Source: Octopus vulgaris (Eukaryota). Taken from it: a stretch of DNA of 64,000 nt. The notes under the pieces were generated by a model, which saw only the letters and a list, made by a program, of their open reading frames with translations, was not told the DNA's origin and did not search any database. How positions within the stretch are numbered: position 1 is the first letter of the stretch; every line of letters starts with the position of its first letter. The stretch is from contig OX597832.1 in assembly GCA_951406725.2 (NCBI GenBank), positions 36,270,001 to 36,334,000 of the forward strand, written 5' to 3'. The position numbers and the translations under genes were made by a program. Shown here one piece after another: positions 63,181-64,000 of this stretch.

Positions 63181-64000
63181 AGAAACCATGGGTAAAATTA
63201 TTTTGGGGTACACAAGAAAAAATTGGCAAATTGAAGAATAGTATTGTAATAGTAAAGTATTGATAAGTACTTAGGAAATATCACAGAAGGGTATTGGTAA
63301 GAAAAAACAAGATCAATCAAGACACAGTAGTTGACGCTTTAACCTTCAATTATAAGACCATAAATCAGAATCGATAGAGAAACCATTTCTCACATCAAAT
63401 GATTCTAGAAATTTTATGCAACTACAATAATATTCGTAATTTGCAGAAGTGAGTGGCTATGAAATATGCTGATCAGAGAAGCAAGAGAGAGGTGAATGGG
63501 AGAAATTATGACAAACAGAGCAAGGGTATCGCAACCAAAATAAGTGCAAAGAATGTCTCTGATCTACAACTACGATGTTACATCAATACTTCGTAAAGAC
63601 TGATACATAAGTGCTTCCATGAATCAATAAACAGATTATGAATCATTTTAAGATCAGATCAAATTTACCCACCAGATGAACTTAAATGGGGTGGGGAGGG
63701 TAACTGAGCACATGATGAATCGTGAAATGTCTGATCCAAATCTGCCCTTATTAGGATGTCACCTGTTCAGCTCCAGGGTCTTATGTCCTTCTGGGACCAT
63801 TCTTCTCAGATTTTTCAGGCTGTGCCCCCCCCCATAACCCCAAATTTGGAAAGCAATAGCCTCTTACCCTCATTAGAATGGTCTTTAATTTCATGCATTT
63901 CTTGAGTAGTTATGTCTACTATGTTGAAAAATTTATTTATTTTTATTCAATAAATTATTTTCTAAATTTTAGTGTGATTCCCTTGTTTTACAAACAGTGG

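Overview
AT-rich eukaryotic DNA that is almost entirely repetitive. The tRNA-headed SINE families, RTE 3' tails and extreme microsatellite density resemble octopod cephalopod (Octopus-like) genomes; this is inferred from recognition, not from a search. I cannot identify any intact protein-coding gene, and most listed ORFs are microsatellite or transposon artefacts. The window contains decayed hAT, Tc1/mariner, Helitron-like, Ty3/Gypsy, RTE, CR1/L2-like, Tx1-like, RLE-type and Penelope-like fragments, three tRNA-derived SINE families, and many long hairpins embedded in (TA)n tracts. The most interesting signal is a set of minimal type-I hammerhead-ribozyme-like motifs with self-complementary stem III, a form typical of Penelope-like elements. 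One has a canonical core (42331-42416), one has a swapped G3-C8 core pair (6611-6661), two have position-6 variants, and several decayed copies lie inside fold-back structures. A few unique segments with splice signals are reported only as low-confidence candidate exons.
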